Source: Candidatus Magasanikiibacteriota bacterium
Lineage (GTDB): Bacteria; Patescibacteriota; Patescibacteriia; Magasanikbacterales; GWA2-37-8
Length of the DNA stretch: 64,000 bases
NCBI GenBank assembly: GCA_017991415.1
Contig: JAGOQR010000002.1
Coordinates: 204,736 to 268,735 of the forward strand
Direction of reading: 5' to 3'
In this document: positions 1-8,980 of the stretch, one piece after another
How positions within the stretch are numbered: the stretch's first letter is position 1
How the letters are laid out: every line of letters begins with the position of its first letter
Made by a program: the position numbers and the translations under genes
Notes under the pieces: model-generated
What the model was told of the DNA's origin: nothing
Seen by the model: only the letters and a program-made list of their open reading frames with translations
Database searches by the model: none

Positions 1-1515
1 CTCTTCTGTTTCTTTCCAACGACGCTTCTTTGGTACTTCAATTTTTGTTTCATCAGTTAAATACTGTAAAGTCAATGATTTATTTTTTTCTTTTTTAATA
101 TCTTTAGTTGGCCCTACATAAACCACTTCTCCACCGAGCTCTCCCGCTTTAGGACCTAAATCGACCAGATAATCTGATTCTTTTATAGTTCGTTCATCAT
201 GTTCCACAATAATGACCGTATTATTTTCGTCACGCAATGATTTGAGCGTGTTGACTAGACGCTCTGTATCGCGTTCGTGCAAACCAATAGTTGGTTCGTC
301 AAGCACATAGAGCGTGTTGGATAAGTGCGAACCAATTTGCGAAGCAAGGCGAATTCGCTGCGCTTCTCCTCCAGACAAAGTGTGCGCTTCACGAGTTAAG
401 GTAATATAATCAAGACCAACTTGCAATAAAAATGTAAGACGATCATTAATTTCTTTGACTACATTATGAGCAATAAGTTTTTGGCGTTCGTTTAATTTTT
501 TTTCAAAATCTTTGAAAAAAAGATGACAATCTTCGATAGTAAGCGCCGAAACTTCGTAAATATTTTTTTCTTTTATACGCACCGAGAGCGCTTCGGGTTT
601 TAGTCGCTTACCTTCACATTCCAAACAAATTTCTTTACTAAATGCCTCTGCTTTCCCCAAACCACCACACGCCGCACAAGCACCTGCTGGACTATTAAAA
701 GAAAAAAGGCGTGGCTCAATTTCTGGAAAAGAAAATCCGTCGGCAGGGCACGACCAATGACTCGATAATAGTCGCTCACTTGGGTTCTTGGTATGCTCAC
801 CAAACAAAACAGTCACAAGCCCTTTACTATGCTGCAAAGCACTTTCAACTGCTTCGAATAAACGACTCTCATCGCTTATAAGCACTTTATCTATAATAAT
901 ATCTATATTATGAGTTTTTGTACGAGATAATTCTATGCGGTCGTGTAATGAATATACCTTCCCATCAACACGAGCTCGATCAAAACCTTCATTTAAAAAG
1001 TCATACAACATTTGATAGTACTCACCCTTACGCCCACGAACTACCGGAGATAAAATAGTAACCGTCTTTTCTTTAAGCTCACTAGCCATTCCCAAAATAA
1101 TATCAATCATTTCTTCGGGGGATAATTTTTCAATTTTTGTTCCACATTGCGGACAAAATACTTCTCCAAGTCGTGCATATAACACACGCAAATAATCATA
1201 GATTTCGGTGAGTGTGCCTACAATTGAACGCGGGTTATGACTGAGCGCTTTTTGACCAATCGCAATCGCTGGCGATAAGCCAGTTATTTCATCTACATCG
1301 GCACGTTCCATTTGCCCCAAAAACTGTCGGGCATACGGAGACAAAGATTCGATATATCGTCGCTGCCCTTCGGCAAAAATAGTATCAAAAGCAAGTGATG
1401 ATTTACCACTACCCGATACCCCTGTAAAAACAGTCATCTTGTTTTTTGGGATCTCCAAAGATACATTTTTTAGATTATGCACTCTGGCTTTTTTGATAAC
1501 AATTTTATCTTCCAT
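1..1515 (-). CDS. uvrA: Excinuclease ABC subunit A (UvrA), N-terminal ~505 aa; C-terminal half lies beyond the window start
   Basis: Minus-strand translation from ATG at 1515 gives MEDKIVIKKARVHNLKNVSLEIPKNKMTVFTGVSGSGKSSLAFDTIFAEGQRRY. It also contains the zinc-finger cysteines, LSGGEAQRIRLASQIG, VIIVEHDE and YLVDLGPKAGELGGEVVYVG..KIEVPKKRR, which match the end of the first UvrA ATPase domain. The ORF runs off the window edge, so it is absent from the supplied ORF track. Confidence 0.9.
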   Translation of the reverse strand, partial: MEDKIVIKKARVHNLKNVSLEIPKNKMTVFTGVSGSGKSSLAFDTIFAEGQRRYIESLSPYARQFLGQMERADVDEITGLSPAIAIGQKALSHNPRSIVGTLTEIYDYLRVLYARLGEVFCPQCGTKIEKLSPEEMIDIILGMASELKEKTVTILSPVVRGRKGEYYQMLYDFLNEGFDRARVDGKVYSLHDRIELSRTKTHNIDIIIDKVLISDESRLFEAVESALQHSKGLVTVLFGEHTKNPSERLLSSHWSCPADGFSFPEIEPRLFSFNSPAGACAACGGLGKAEAFSKEICLECEGKRLKPEALSVRIKEKNIYEVSALTIEDCHLFFKDFEKKLNERQKLIAHNVVKEINDRLTFLLQVGLDYITLTREAHTLSGGEAQRIRLASQIGSHLSNTLYVLDEPTIGLHERDTERLVNTLKSLRDENNTVIIVEHDERTIKESDYLVDLGPKAGELGGEVVYVGPTKDIKKEKNKSLTLQYLTDETKIEVPKKRRWKETEE

Positions 1516-1535
1516 ATAAATGAGGAAATTAATTT

Positions 1536-3455
1536 TTATTTTTTTCTTGATCTTTTAACTGGGCGATCTGGCTCTATACTAACACTTCCCCTGCCAACAG
1601 GGCCTACCGTTGCATCTGGAATATCCAAAAACTGCTCAATTTCTTTATTAGTTGTTTGCGGCGTAATACCATGCTTTGTGTTGTACGCTATCTGCAATTT
1701 TCTACGGCGATCTACCTCTTTCATAGCCGCTTTCATTGATTTAGTAATTGTGTCGGCATACAAAATTACCGTGCCTTTTACATTTCTTGCTGCGCGCCCC
1801 ATAGTTTGCATCAAGGACTCTTCGCTACGCAAAAACCCTTCTCTGTCTGCATCCATAATTGCCACGAGCGTTACTTCTGGTAAATCCAAACCTTCACGCA
1901 ACAAATTTACACCAATGAGCACGTTAAATATCCCTTGACGAAATTGCGTTAAAATTTCTGTACGCTCAAGCGTCTTCACATCTGAATGTAAATAATTCAC
2001 CGCAAAATTCTTTTGTTTCAAAAACTCAGATAATTCTTCGGCCATTTTTTTAGTGAGTACATTTATAATTGCCCGCTCACCAAGTTTCACTATTTTTTCT
2101 ATCTCGGAAATTATATCGTCCACCTGTCCCCTGTTTGTATTTTTATCAAATACAGGACGCACCTCTATTGGCGGATCAATAAGACCAGTTGGACGAATAA
2201 CTTGCTCAGCCACCGCTGCAGAATGAGCCATTTCAAAATCACCAGGTGTTGCCGACGTAAACACCACTTGACCCACCCTCTTCTCAAACTCATCAAATTT
2301 AAGCGGCCGATTATCCAAAGCTGATGGCAATCTCCATCCATACTGAACAAGGGTTTGCTTACGGCTCCGATCACCTGCGTACATACCACGCACTTGCGGC
2401 AAACCAATATGGGATTCATCCATAATCGTCAAAAAATCTGGAATGTTTTTACCCTGCGCATCTTTTTTCCAAGGAAAGTAGGACAACAAGGTATCAGGTG
2501 CTTCACCCGCCAACTTTCCAGCCAAATGACGAGAATAATTTTCAATACCATGACAAAAACCAAGCGTCGAAATCATTTCCATATCATACTTGGTGCGACG
2601 CTCCAATCGTTCAGCTTCTAAATATAATTTATTTTTTTTAAAATATTGCAATTGATCTTTGAGCTCTGCCTTAATTTCTTTAAGTGCTTCTTTTATTTGC
2701 GGCTCGGAAGAAACAAAGTGTTTAACAGGAAAAATAACAGCATCTTTTAATTTTTCTTTTATCACTCTCGTTGTTCCATCGAGTATGCCAATTTCTGCAA
2801 TTTTTTGCCCTATGATTTCGATTCGGTATATAAACTTCTCCGAAGCAGGAGCAATCTCAAAGACATCGCCTCGCACCCGAAACTTACCTCTTTCCAACGA
2901 TCCTGGTGTACGCGCAAATTGTATTTTTATTAACTGTCGCATGAGGTCGGCACGTGTCATAGGCTGGTCAATCTCTAGGTGCACTGCGGAATCAAAATAA
3001 TTAACTGGTACCCCTAAGTTATAGATACAAGAAACTGAGGCTACCACAATCACATCCTGACGAGACATAAGGGCGCTGGTCGCCTGGTGGCGCAAGCGAT
3101 CTATCTCTTCATTTATCATTGATTCTTTATCTATATACGTATCGCTGGTTGGCAAATAAGCTTCTGGCTGATAATAATCGTAGTAAGAGACAAAATAATT
3201 TACAGAGTTTTCAGGAAAGAAATTTTTGTATTCACGATACAGCTGAGCAGCCAGTGCTTTGTTTGGCGCCATAATCAAAACTGGCCGATTAAATTGGGTA
3301 ATAAGATTGGCTACCGTAAATGTTTTTCCCGAGCCAGTTACACCCAAAAGTGTTTGGTAACGATTGCTAGCACCCAAACTAGCCATAAGTTTTTTTATGG
3401 CTTCTGGTTGATCACCAGCTGGCTGGAACTTTGAATGCAACTTGAATAAAGACAT
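1536..3455 (-). CDS. uvrB: Excinuclease ABC subunit B (UvrB)
   Basis: 639 aa; Walker A GVTGSGKTFT, helicase motifs and a C-terminal UvrB/UvrC interaction tail. Its stop is 20 bp upstream of the uvrA start. Confidence 0.95.
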   Translation of the reverse strand: MSLFKLHSKFQPAGDQPEAIKKLMASLGASNRYQTLLGVTGSGKTFTVANLITQFNRPVLIMAPNKALAAQLYREYKNFFPENSVNYFVSYYDYYQPEAYLPTSDTYIDKESMINEEIDRLRHQATSALMSRQDVIVVASVSCIYNLGVPVNYFDSAVHLEIDQPMTRADLMRQLIKIQFARTPGSLERGKFRVRGDVFEIAPASEKFIYRIEIIGQKIAEIGILDGTTRVIKEKLKDAVIFPVKHFVSSEPQIKEALKEIKAELKDQLQYFKKNKLYLEAERLERRTKYDMEMISTLGFCHGIENYSRHLAGKLAGEAPDTLLSYFPWKKDAQGKNIPDFLTIMDESHIGLPQVRGMYAGDRSRKQTLVQYGWRLPSALDNRPLKFDEFEKRVGQVVFTSATPGDFEMAHSAAVAEQVIRPTGLIDPPIEVRPVFDKNTNRGQVDDIISEIEKIVKLGERAIINVLTKKMAEELSEFLKQKNFAVNYLHSDVKTLERTEILTQFRQGIFNVLIGVNLLREGLDLPEVTLVAIMDADREGFLRSEESLMQTMGRAARNVKGTVILYADTITKSMKAAMKEVDRRRKLQIAYNTKHGITPQTTNKEIEQFLDIPDATVGPVGRGSVSIEPDRPVKRSRKK

Positions 3456-3505
3456 AAAAAATTTAATAAAAATGCAAAATCGCCGATTTCTCGGTTCTTA
3501 TAGGG

Positions 3506-3536
3506 GTAAACTAGCTTATAAATAACGTTTTGTCAA
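3506..3536 (-). promoter_or_regulatory. Putative sigma70-type promoter for uvrB (-35 TTGACA, weak -10)
   Basis: Minus strand TTGACAAAACG (plus 3531-3536 tgtcaa) lies 17 nt upstream of a weak TAGTTT. Same TTGACAAA -35 family as the other promoters in the window. Confidence 0.3.
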
Positions 3537-3538
3537 TG

Positions 3539-4513
3539 CTAAAACTTCCAAAAAATAAAAAGCAAAGCAATAAGCCCTCCCGTTTGAGCAATAATATGAT
3601 ATCGCTGTTTGCGAATACTTACGGCCAAGCTGAGCAGAAGTGAGAACGCAAAAAAGACCATAGCAGCAATATATATATTTTGAGAAATTGCAAAAATATT
3701 TGTTAAAGGAGAAAGCACGTTTTTGGCATGGATATATTTATCAACTGGTGTAGGCTGGCTCAGATCAATAACTGGTTCATCTTCATCAGAATTTTTAATT
3801 TTACCAGCTAATACCGATGAGCTGGCCTGTGCCAAACTTGTTGTAACGGGAGAAGAAGAAATGGTCGCCACAGCAGTTGCAACCTCTTTTACTTCTACAC
3901 TTGAAGATTTTTTACCTACTGTTTTTTTTGCAGGAATTTTTTCCGAAATAGGAGCACCTAAATGCTGCGCAATAAATACAGTCGCACGACCATTGTACAC
4001 TCCCCCAGCCAAACCAACGCCCAGATCTTTAAAATCAGGGTCAATTAAATTAGCATAATGGGTTGGGCTTTTTTTCCAGGCCTGCACAATACCTTGAGCA
4101 GTACTAAACCCAACTGCCAAATTTTCACCAGCAACTTCGTAATTATAACTTGCCCCACGCAACCAGCTAGAAAGGCTTTTATTATCTTTGGTATGAGCGA
4201 AATACTGACCGAGAGCCATATCCTCGGCTTTATTTTGGGCAGACAGATCGAGCTTAGAAACCACCACCAAAGGCGGCAGGTTTTTTTCGGCACGTGCTTG
4301 GTTAGTAAGCTCTACAATTTGACGCTGCTCTTCAGCCAATACATCTGGCAACACAAAAGCGCTCATCGGCAAAAACAGCACAAAAGAAACCAGAATACCC
4401 TTTGTTAATAAAAAAACCAAGCTATAGAAGATGGCACGCTTGGTATGCAAAATATGAGGGTGATAGTTATTCGCCCGATGAGGAATGAAGTATTTTTTGA
4501 ATATTTTTTTCAT
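3539..4513 (-). CDS. CAP/SCP (PR-1/YkwD-like) domain protein with N- and C-terminal TM anchors and a Ser/Thr-rich linker
   Basis: N-terminal TM helix, then a CAP-domain-like region (AEKNLPPL...GENLA...HYANLIDPDFKDLGVG), an S/T/A-rich linker and a C-terminal hydrophobic helix. Confidence 0.65.
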   Translation of the reverse strand: MKKIFKKYFIPHRANNYHPHILHTKRAIFYSLVFLLTKGILVSFVLFLPMSAFVLPDVLAEEQRQIVELTNQARAEKNLPPLVVVSKLDLSAQNKAEDMALGQYFAHTKDNKSLSSWLRGASYNYEVAGENLAVGFSTAQGIVQAWKKSPTHYANLIDPDFKDLGVGLAGGVYNGRATVFIAQHLGAPISEKIPAKKTVGKKSSSVEVKEVATAVATISSSPVTTSLAQASSSVLAGKIKNSDEDEPVIDLSQPTPVDKYIHAKNVLSPLTNIFAISQNIYIAAMVFFAFSLLLSLAVSIRKQRYHIIAQTGGLIALLFIFWKF

Positions 4514-4556
4514 GAGTATCTCTCCTTAAGATATTTCTACTATACCATAAAATTAA

Positions 4557-4591
4557 CAAAAAATCAACCCCCTGTAGGAGGTTGATTTTTG
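4557..4591. terminator. Rho-independent terminator hairpin (AATCAACC...GGTTGATT + T-run) after the Calx-beta gene
   Basis: Inverted repeat aatcaacc / ggttgatt followed by a T-run on the minus strand. Confidence 0.5.
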
Positions 4592-4598
4592 TTGTACG

Positions 4599-6641
4599 TT
4601 AACGTTTAGCTGGGGAAGAACTTATATCATCATTTACGATAGTATAGGTAAACGAATTGCTCTCACCTCGAGATATAACTATATTCGGATTATTTTCTCC
4701 TACGGCACCAACCAAATTAATTAGCACAGTTTCATCCGGCTCTACCACATCATCATATACCTGTGCCAACGGAAAGGCGTATTTTCCTTGGGATGGGAAC
4801 AGTGTTACAGACCCATTTAAAGCAGAGCTAATGCCGTCAATCGTAAAATCATTGGCTGGATTAGCAGTACCACCAAAATATTGGTAGTTTACTGTAATAG
4901 GATCCTGACCATAATAAAAATTATCATTATCATCCACTAATTTCATCCAGATAAAATCATCCAAGGTCGGCTGGTTCTCTACACTTGAGATAGCAGCTCT
5001 TTCTACTTGTAGATATAACTGAGTATCATCATTAATAATTCGGTGGTTCCAACTATTATTTACACCTATCTCAAAAACAAAATCTGGATCAAACGATCGT
5101 ACATCAGTAATAGTTATTGTAACTGTTTCATCATCTTCCACCAACTCATCTACGGTATTTAAAATATTCAAAACTAAATCACTACTACCGCCGGAGCTTA
5201 CATGAATAACACCTGATTGAGTCGAACTGCCTTCAAAACTAAAATCTGAAGAACTTGCGGTGCCAGTAATTTCATAATAGACATCCAGTGCTGGGCGACC
5301 TATCGTGTTTCCATACTCATCAGTAAACATAAGGGCATTTGAACCGAACACAGCATCTTCTGCTGACACTGTATACAAATCTCTAAATTGCACTAGTCTA
5401 TGGATATCATTATTTGCAATAGTTCGAGTAAATGTATTTTGAGCACCAATACGCAAATCTGTAGCTGGATCAGAATCATTAACACTTAAAAGTGTTACAA
5501 CTACTGTTTCATCAGGCTCTACTATAGAATCGTCAACAGGGATAAAAAAGGTAATATATGGCCCAAAACCTGCTGGGATAATAATTGTATTTATTGGAGC
5601 TGAAGAACCATTGAATGTGAAATCAGAGCTATCGGCAGTGCCTGTGAGTTGATAATGCACATACATTTCCGGATGACTATAACTATTTCCAAGCGCATCA
5701 GTTAATTTTAGTGTTACCAATGTTGCTTGAGATTCTGACGCATAGGTAGAAGGAGTATCGAACTGAACATACTGCGGAAAATCATCATTTAGAATTGTTC
5801 GAGTAAATGTATTATTTGCTCCGATAACCAACTGTGTATTTGGATCCTTATCTTTTACTCCAGTAATTGTAATAGTTAAATTCTCATCAAGCTCAAACTC
5901 ATCGTCATCCTTACCCAAACCAAATGCATACGGCCCACTACCAGCTGGTAACAACAAAGTACCACTCATTGCTGATGAGCCGTTAAAGGTAAAGTCTGAA
6001 CTGTCCGCAGTCCCTGTAATCTCATACAGCACATCAACATCTTCATGAGCAACATTATTGCCAAATTCATCGGTAAATGTAAGGTAGACTAATGATTCTG
6101 CTGATTCTGGAGCAGATACTGCAACCGGAGCTTGGAATTGCACATGATATACTGGCGCATCATCATCTAAAATAGTGTCGGTAAAAATTTTATTTGCCCC
6201 CAAAACCACTGGCGTATTTCCTGTATAAGACACACTTGTAATTTTGACAATCACTGTTTCATTCGGCTCATCAAGCGTATCTGCAAGATGCCCAAACAAA
6301 ACCGCAACATTGCCTGTACCAGCCGCTACGTCAATTATGCCATTTACTACCCCAGGCGCATGATTAAACACATAATCTGAAGCACTGGCTGTACCAGTGA
6401 TCTGGTATGTTAGTTTTAGCTTAGGATGACTTACGCTAACGCCAGATGCGTTGGTAAAACTTAAAAAAGCTGCTACTGCCCCATTATCTTCCTGTGAAGA
6501 TTCAGCAACACTTGTAAACTGAACTGTGACTGGTGTTGGCGCAGCTTTTGCCTGCCCAACCAAACCAAAAGCTATCAACCCTACTATTAGTAGCCCCAAT
6601 ACTACCCCCTTCTTACCTACCTGCTGCTTGCTTATATTCAT
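4599..6641 (-). CDS. Secreted repeat protein with multiple Calx-beta-like domains
   Basis: Signal peptide MNISKQQVGKKGVVLGLLIVGLIAFGLVGQAKA. It carries >=5 ~100-aa repeats with the Calx-beta signature (TGTADSSDFTFNGSSA ... DDxxxEPDETVxVTL). Confidence 0.6.
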   Translation of the reverse strand: MNISKQQVGKKGVVLGLLIVGLIAFGLVGQAKAAPTPVTVQFTSVAESSQEDNGAVAAFLSFTNASGVSVSHPKLKLTYQITGTASASDYVFNHAPGVVNGIIDVAAGTGNVAVLFGHLADTLDEPNETVIVKITSVSYTGNTPVVLGANKIFTDTILDDDAPVYHVQFQAPVAVSAPESAESLVYLTFTDEFGNNVAHEDVDVLYEITGTADSSDFTFNGSSAMSGTLLLPAGSGPYAFGLGKDDDEFELDENLTITITGVKDKDPNTQLVIGANNTFTRTILNDDFPQYVQFDTPSTYASESQATLVTLKLTDALGNSYSHPEMYVHYQLTGTADSSDFTFNGSSAPINTIIIPAGFGPYITFFIPVDDSIVEPDETVVVTLLSVNDSDPATDLRIGAQNTFTRTIANNDIHRLVQFRDLYTVSAEDAVFGSNALMFTDEYGNTIGRPALDVYYEITGTASSSDFSFEGSSTQSGVIHVSSGGSSDLVLNILNTVDELVEDDETVTITITDVRSFDPDFVFEIGVNNSWNHRIINDDTQLYLQVERAAISSVENQPTLDDFIWMKLVDDNDNFYYGQDPITVNYQYFGGTANPANDFTIDGISSALNGSVTLFPSQGKYAFPLAQVYDDVVEPDETVLINLVGAVGENNPNIVISRGESNSFTYTIVNDDISSSPAKR

Positions 6642-6724
6642 ACGTATGAATTACTGAATTAAAATCTAGATGATAAAGTTATCATAAAATATATAGTACG
6701 TCAACAAATTTTTCTGAAGTAAAA

Positions 6725-6766
6725 ATAAATAAAACTCCCTGTAAATTTACAGGGAGTTTTATTTTA
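6725..6766. terminator. Bidirectional terminator hairpin AAAACTCCCTGTAAATTTACAGGGAGTTTT
   Basis: Perfect 12-bp stem flanked by A/T runs, between the DUF285 gene stop and the Calx-beta gene promoter region. Confidence 0.6.
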
Positions 6767-6781
6767 ACAAATATCTAAAGT

Positions 6782-8812
6782 CTATTTATGTGCAGCCTTG
6801 TATTTTGCAATTGCTGCCTTCGTAATAGGGCCTCTATACCCAGTTGCCGGGACAGTGGCAGGAAAGAAACCAAGAGCTTTGAGTTCTGTTTGTAACCGCT
6901 TTACAGCCTCATTTCTTTGACCAAGCTTGAAGGCAAACTTAACAAGCTCATCCACGGTCATAGATGGTGCTTGATCACCAAGATATTTAGTTACTGCAGC
7001 TCGAGTCATATTGCCATAATATCGGGTCGGCACAAAATCTGCTGGGAAATACCCTTGTTTTTGCAATTCGATTTGCAGCTGTCTGATTCCATCGGCATAG
7101 GTATAACAATCGTATTTCAAAATTAACTCATCTATAATTGAAATTTTTTCACCTAATACTTCACCTGCAGGGGTAGGTGTAGGTACAACCACTGGAGCTA
7201 CCGGAATCACAGGTACTGGCAAAGGTCCTTGAGAAGCACTGCTTACTGGGAATGCTGTTCCACCACCACAGTTATTCGTACAACTACCGCCAGTTGACAC
7301 ATCATCATCGGTAATAGTATAAGTATGACCACTTTGCACACTGTCGTTTCCATCAGCATCGTTTACAGTCACACCACTAGTCAAGCTCGCTAAAGAAAAT
7401 ATAATGGTTCTATTACCATCAACTAGTGTATTGTTTAATATTGCAAAAGCTGGCAGAGCAATTGCGGTAGAAGTAGTGCCATCATAGGTACCACTTGGAA
7501 TAGTTACTGTTGTGGTAACTGGATATACAAAATCTGTTCCGTTGACTGCCGTACCGCCCGTAATAGTTACTACTACAGAAGCTGGATCTGCAAAAATACC
7601 GTCTACTAATAATAATGGAAAATTATCCGCTACTGCTTCATTTGTAGAAGCGGCTGTTTCAACAGAAAATTCAACATACCGATTTGCTGACGAACAAAGC
7701 GAAGCTACACCACCATCAGTAATAGTCCAGGCATTTGGTGGAGCTGTAAGTGTATTATGAGCACCGACTGCACAGTATGTAAGGGCACCCACATCTAAAG
7801 GGACATCTGGTTCAACTACTTGACTCGACCAGCCAATCAACGCCAGATCGTAGTTAGCAGTAGACATGCCAGAATCTTGTAACAAAAGAGTCATGTCTAT
7901 AACGCGTCCGATATTCCAACTACCTATATTCTGATTAAAGGCAGAGGCTTTATAAAACATCCTGCTCATATCTGTAGTGCTTGCTGTATTCCAAGCGCTA
8001 ATATTCTGATTAAAATTACTTGCCATTTCAAACATATGGCTCATATTAACAACCCGTGCAGTATTCCAACTACCGATATTCTGATTAAAGGCAGAGGCTG
8101 TTTTGAACATGTAGCTCATATCAGTAACTTGGGAAACATCCCAACTACCAATATTCTGATTAAAGGCCAAAGCGGCCACAAACATAGCGTACATATTTGT
8201 TACATTGCTTGTATTCCAACCACCAATATTCTGATTGAAAGCCAAAGCTCCTGAAAACATACCCGACATATCGGTAACATTCGACACATCCCAAGCACTG
8301 ATATCATGATTAAAGACAGCCGCTTCATTAAACATGCCACTCATACTGGTTACTGAGCTTAGATTTGGCACATCAGTTGCGATAACATTCATATTAACAG
8401 CTCCAGCAAAAGCAAAGGCCATAGATGTCCAGACATTGGTTCCCCACTGATCAACTGATAATAACTTTTCTACATCACCAGCATAATTAAAAAATATCTG
8501 AGGAAACGTACCGCTAATTACAATCGTATAAGTACCTGCAACTGGGTATACACAAGTAACAGCTGTGGTTTGAGCAGAAAATTCATCGATAGTATCGTTA
8601 TCACAATCTACATTGTAGTTGTACCCTGCACCGTTTGTAGGAATAGTAAAAGCAGTGGATGATGAAGAACCTGGATTATCGGTCTTCACCGTGATTATAA
8701 AATCATTTAGTGTGGCTGCCTGCACTGTTTGTGCTACACCAAAAGCCATAGCGCCAAGTGCTAAAAACGCTGCTATAAATACCCCTGCCCTATTTCTATT
8801 TTTTACTTGCAT
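6782..8812 (-). CDS. Secreted DUF285-repeat (Mycoplasma-type) protein with a Calx-beta-like domain and a C-terminal tandem PG_binding_1-like module
   Basis: Signal peptide, then >=6 units of AFNQNIGSWxVSxVTxMSxMF (DUF285-like motif). A Gly/Pro/Val-rich linker follows, then two C-terminal repeats (IRQLQIELQKQGYFP...YYGNMTRAAVTKY and VKRLQTELKALGFFP...YRGPITKAAIAKY) resembling putative peptidoglycan-binding domain 1. Confidence 0.6.
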   Translation of the reverse strand: MQVKNRNRAGVFIAAFLALGAMAFGVAQTVQAATLNDFIITVKTDNPGSSSSTAFTIPTNGAGYNYNVDCDNDTIDEFSAQTTAVTCVYPVAGTYTIVISGTFPQIFFNYAGDVEKLLSVDQWGTNVWTSMAFAFAGAVNMNVIATDVPNLSSVTSMSGMFNEAAVFNHDISAWDVSNVTDMSGMFSGALAFNQNIGGWNTSNVTNMYAMFVAALAFNQNIGSWDVSQVTDMSYMFKTASAFNQNIGSWNTARVVNMSHMFEMASNFNQNISAWNTASTTDMSRMFYKASAFNQNIGSWNIGRVIDMTLLLQDSGMSTANYDLALIGWSSQVVEPDVPLDVGALTYCAVGAHNTLTAPPNAWTITDGGVASLCSSANRYVEFSVETAASTNEAVADNFPLLLVDGIFADPASVVVTITGGTAVNGTDFVYPVTTTVTIPSGTYDGTTSTAIALPAFAILNNTLVDGNRTIIFSLASLTSGVTVNDADGNDSVQSGHTYTITDDDVSTGGSCTNNCGGGTAFPVSSASQGPLPVPVIPVAPVVVPTPTPAGEVLGEKISIIDELILKYDCYTYADGIRQLQIELQKQGYFPADFVPTRYYGNMTRAAVTKYLGDQAPSMTVDELVKFAFKLGQRNEAVKRLQTELKALGFFPATVPATGYRGPITKAAIAKYKAAHK
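7860..8380 (-). repeat. ~75-bp tandem DNA repeats (about 7 copies) inside the DUF285 gene
   Basis: Recurring ccaactacc[ga]atattctgattaaaggc[ac]ga[ag]gc.. units at ~7918, 7995, 8069, 8143, 8216 and 8293. They are in-frame and encode the DUF285 units. Confidence 0.7.
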
Positions 8813-8980
8813 ATGTTATAAGTTTATTACCTAAAATTTAGAATTAATTAAAAAAAATATCATGTATAACGTTCCGATACACTAGCATGCATACAAGTTT
8901 TGTCAACTACATGAATAAAAAAAGTATACACAAAAAATCCCCGATATTCTCGGAGATTTTTTGTGTATATATGTTACACG

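Noticed and set aside
600-803. 67-aa minus-strand ORF, the only ORF the track reports in the first 1.4 kb.
   Set aside because: It is in an alternative frame inside the uvrA coding region. The uvrA ORF itself is open to the window edge, so it was not listed.
7860-8380. Regularly spaced ~75-bp repeats that could superficially resemble a CRISPR array.
   Set aside because: The repeats are contiguous with no unique spacers. They are in-frame within a long ORF and encode the DUF285 protein repeats. No cas genes are present.
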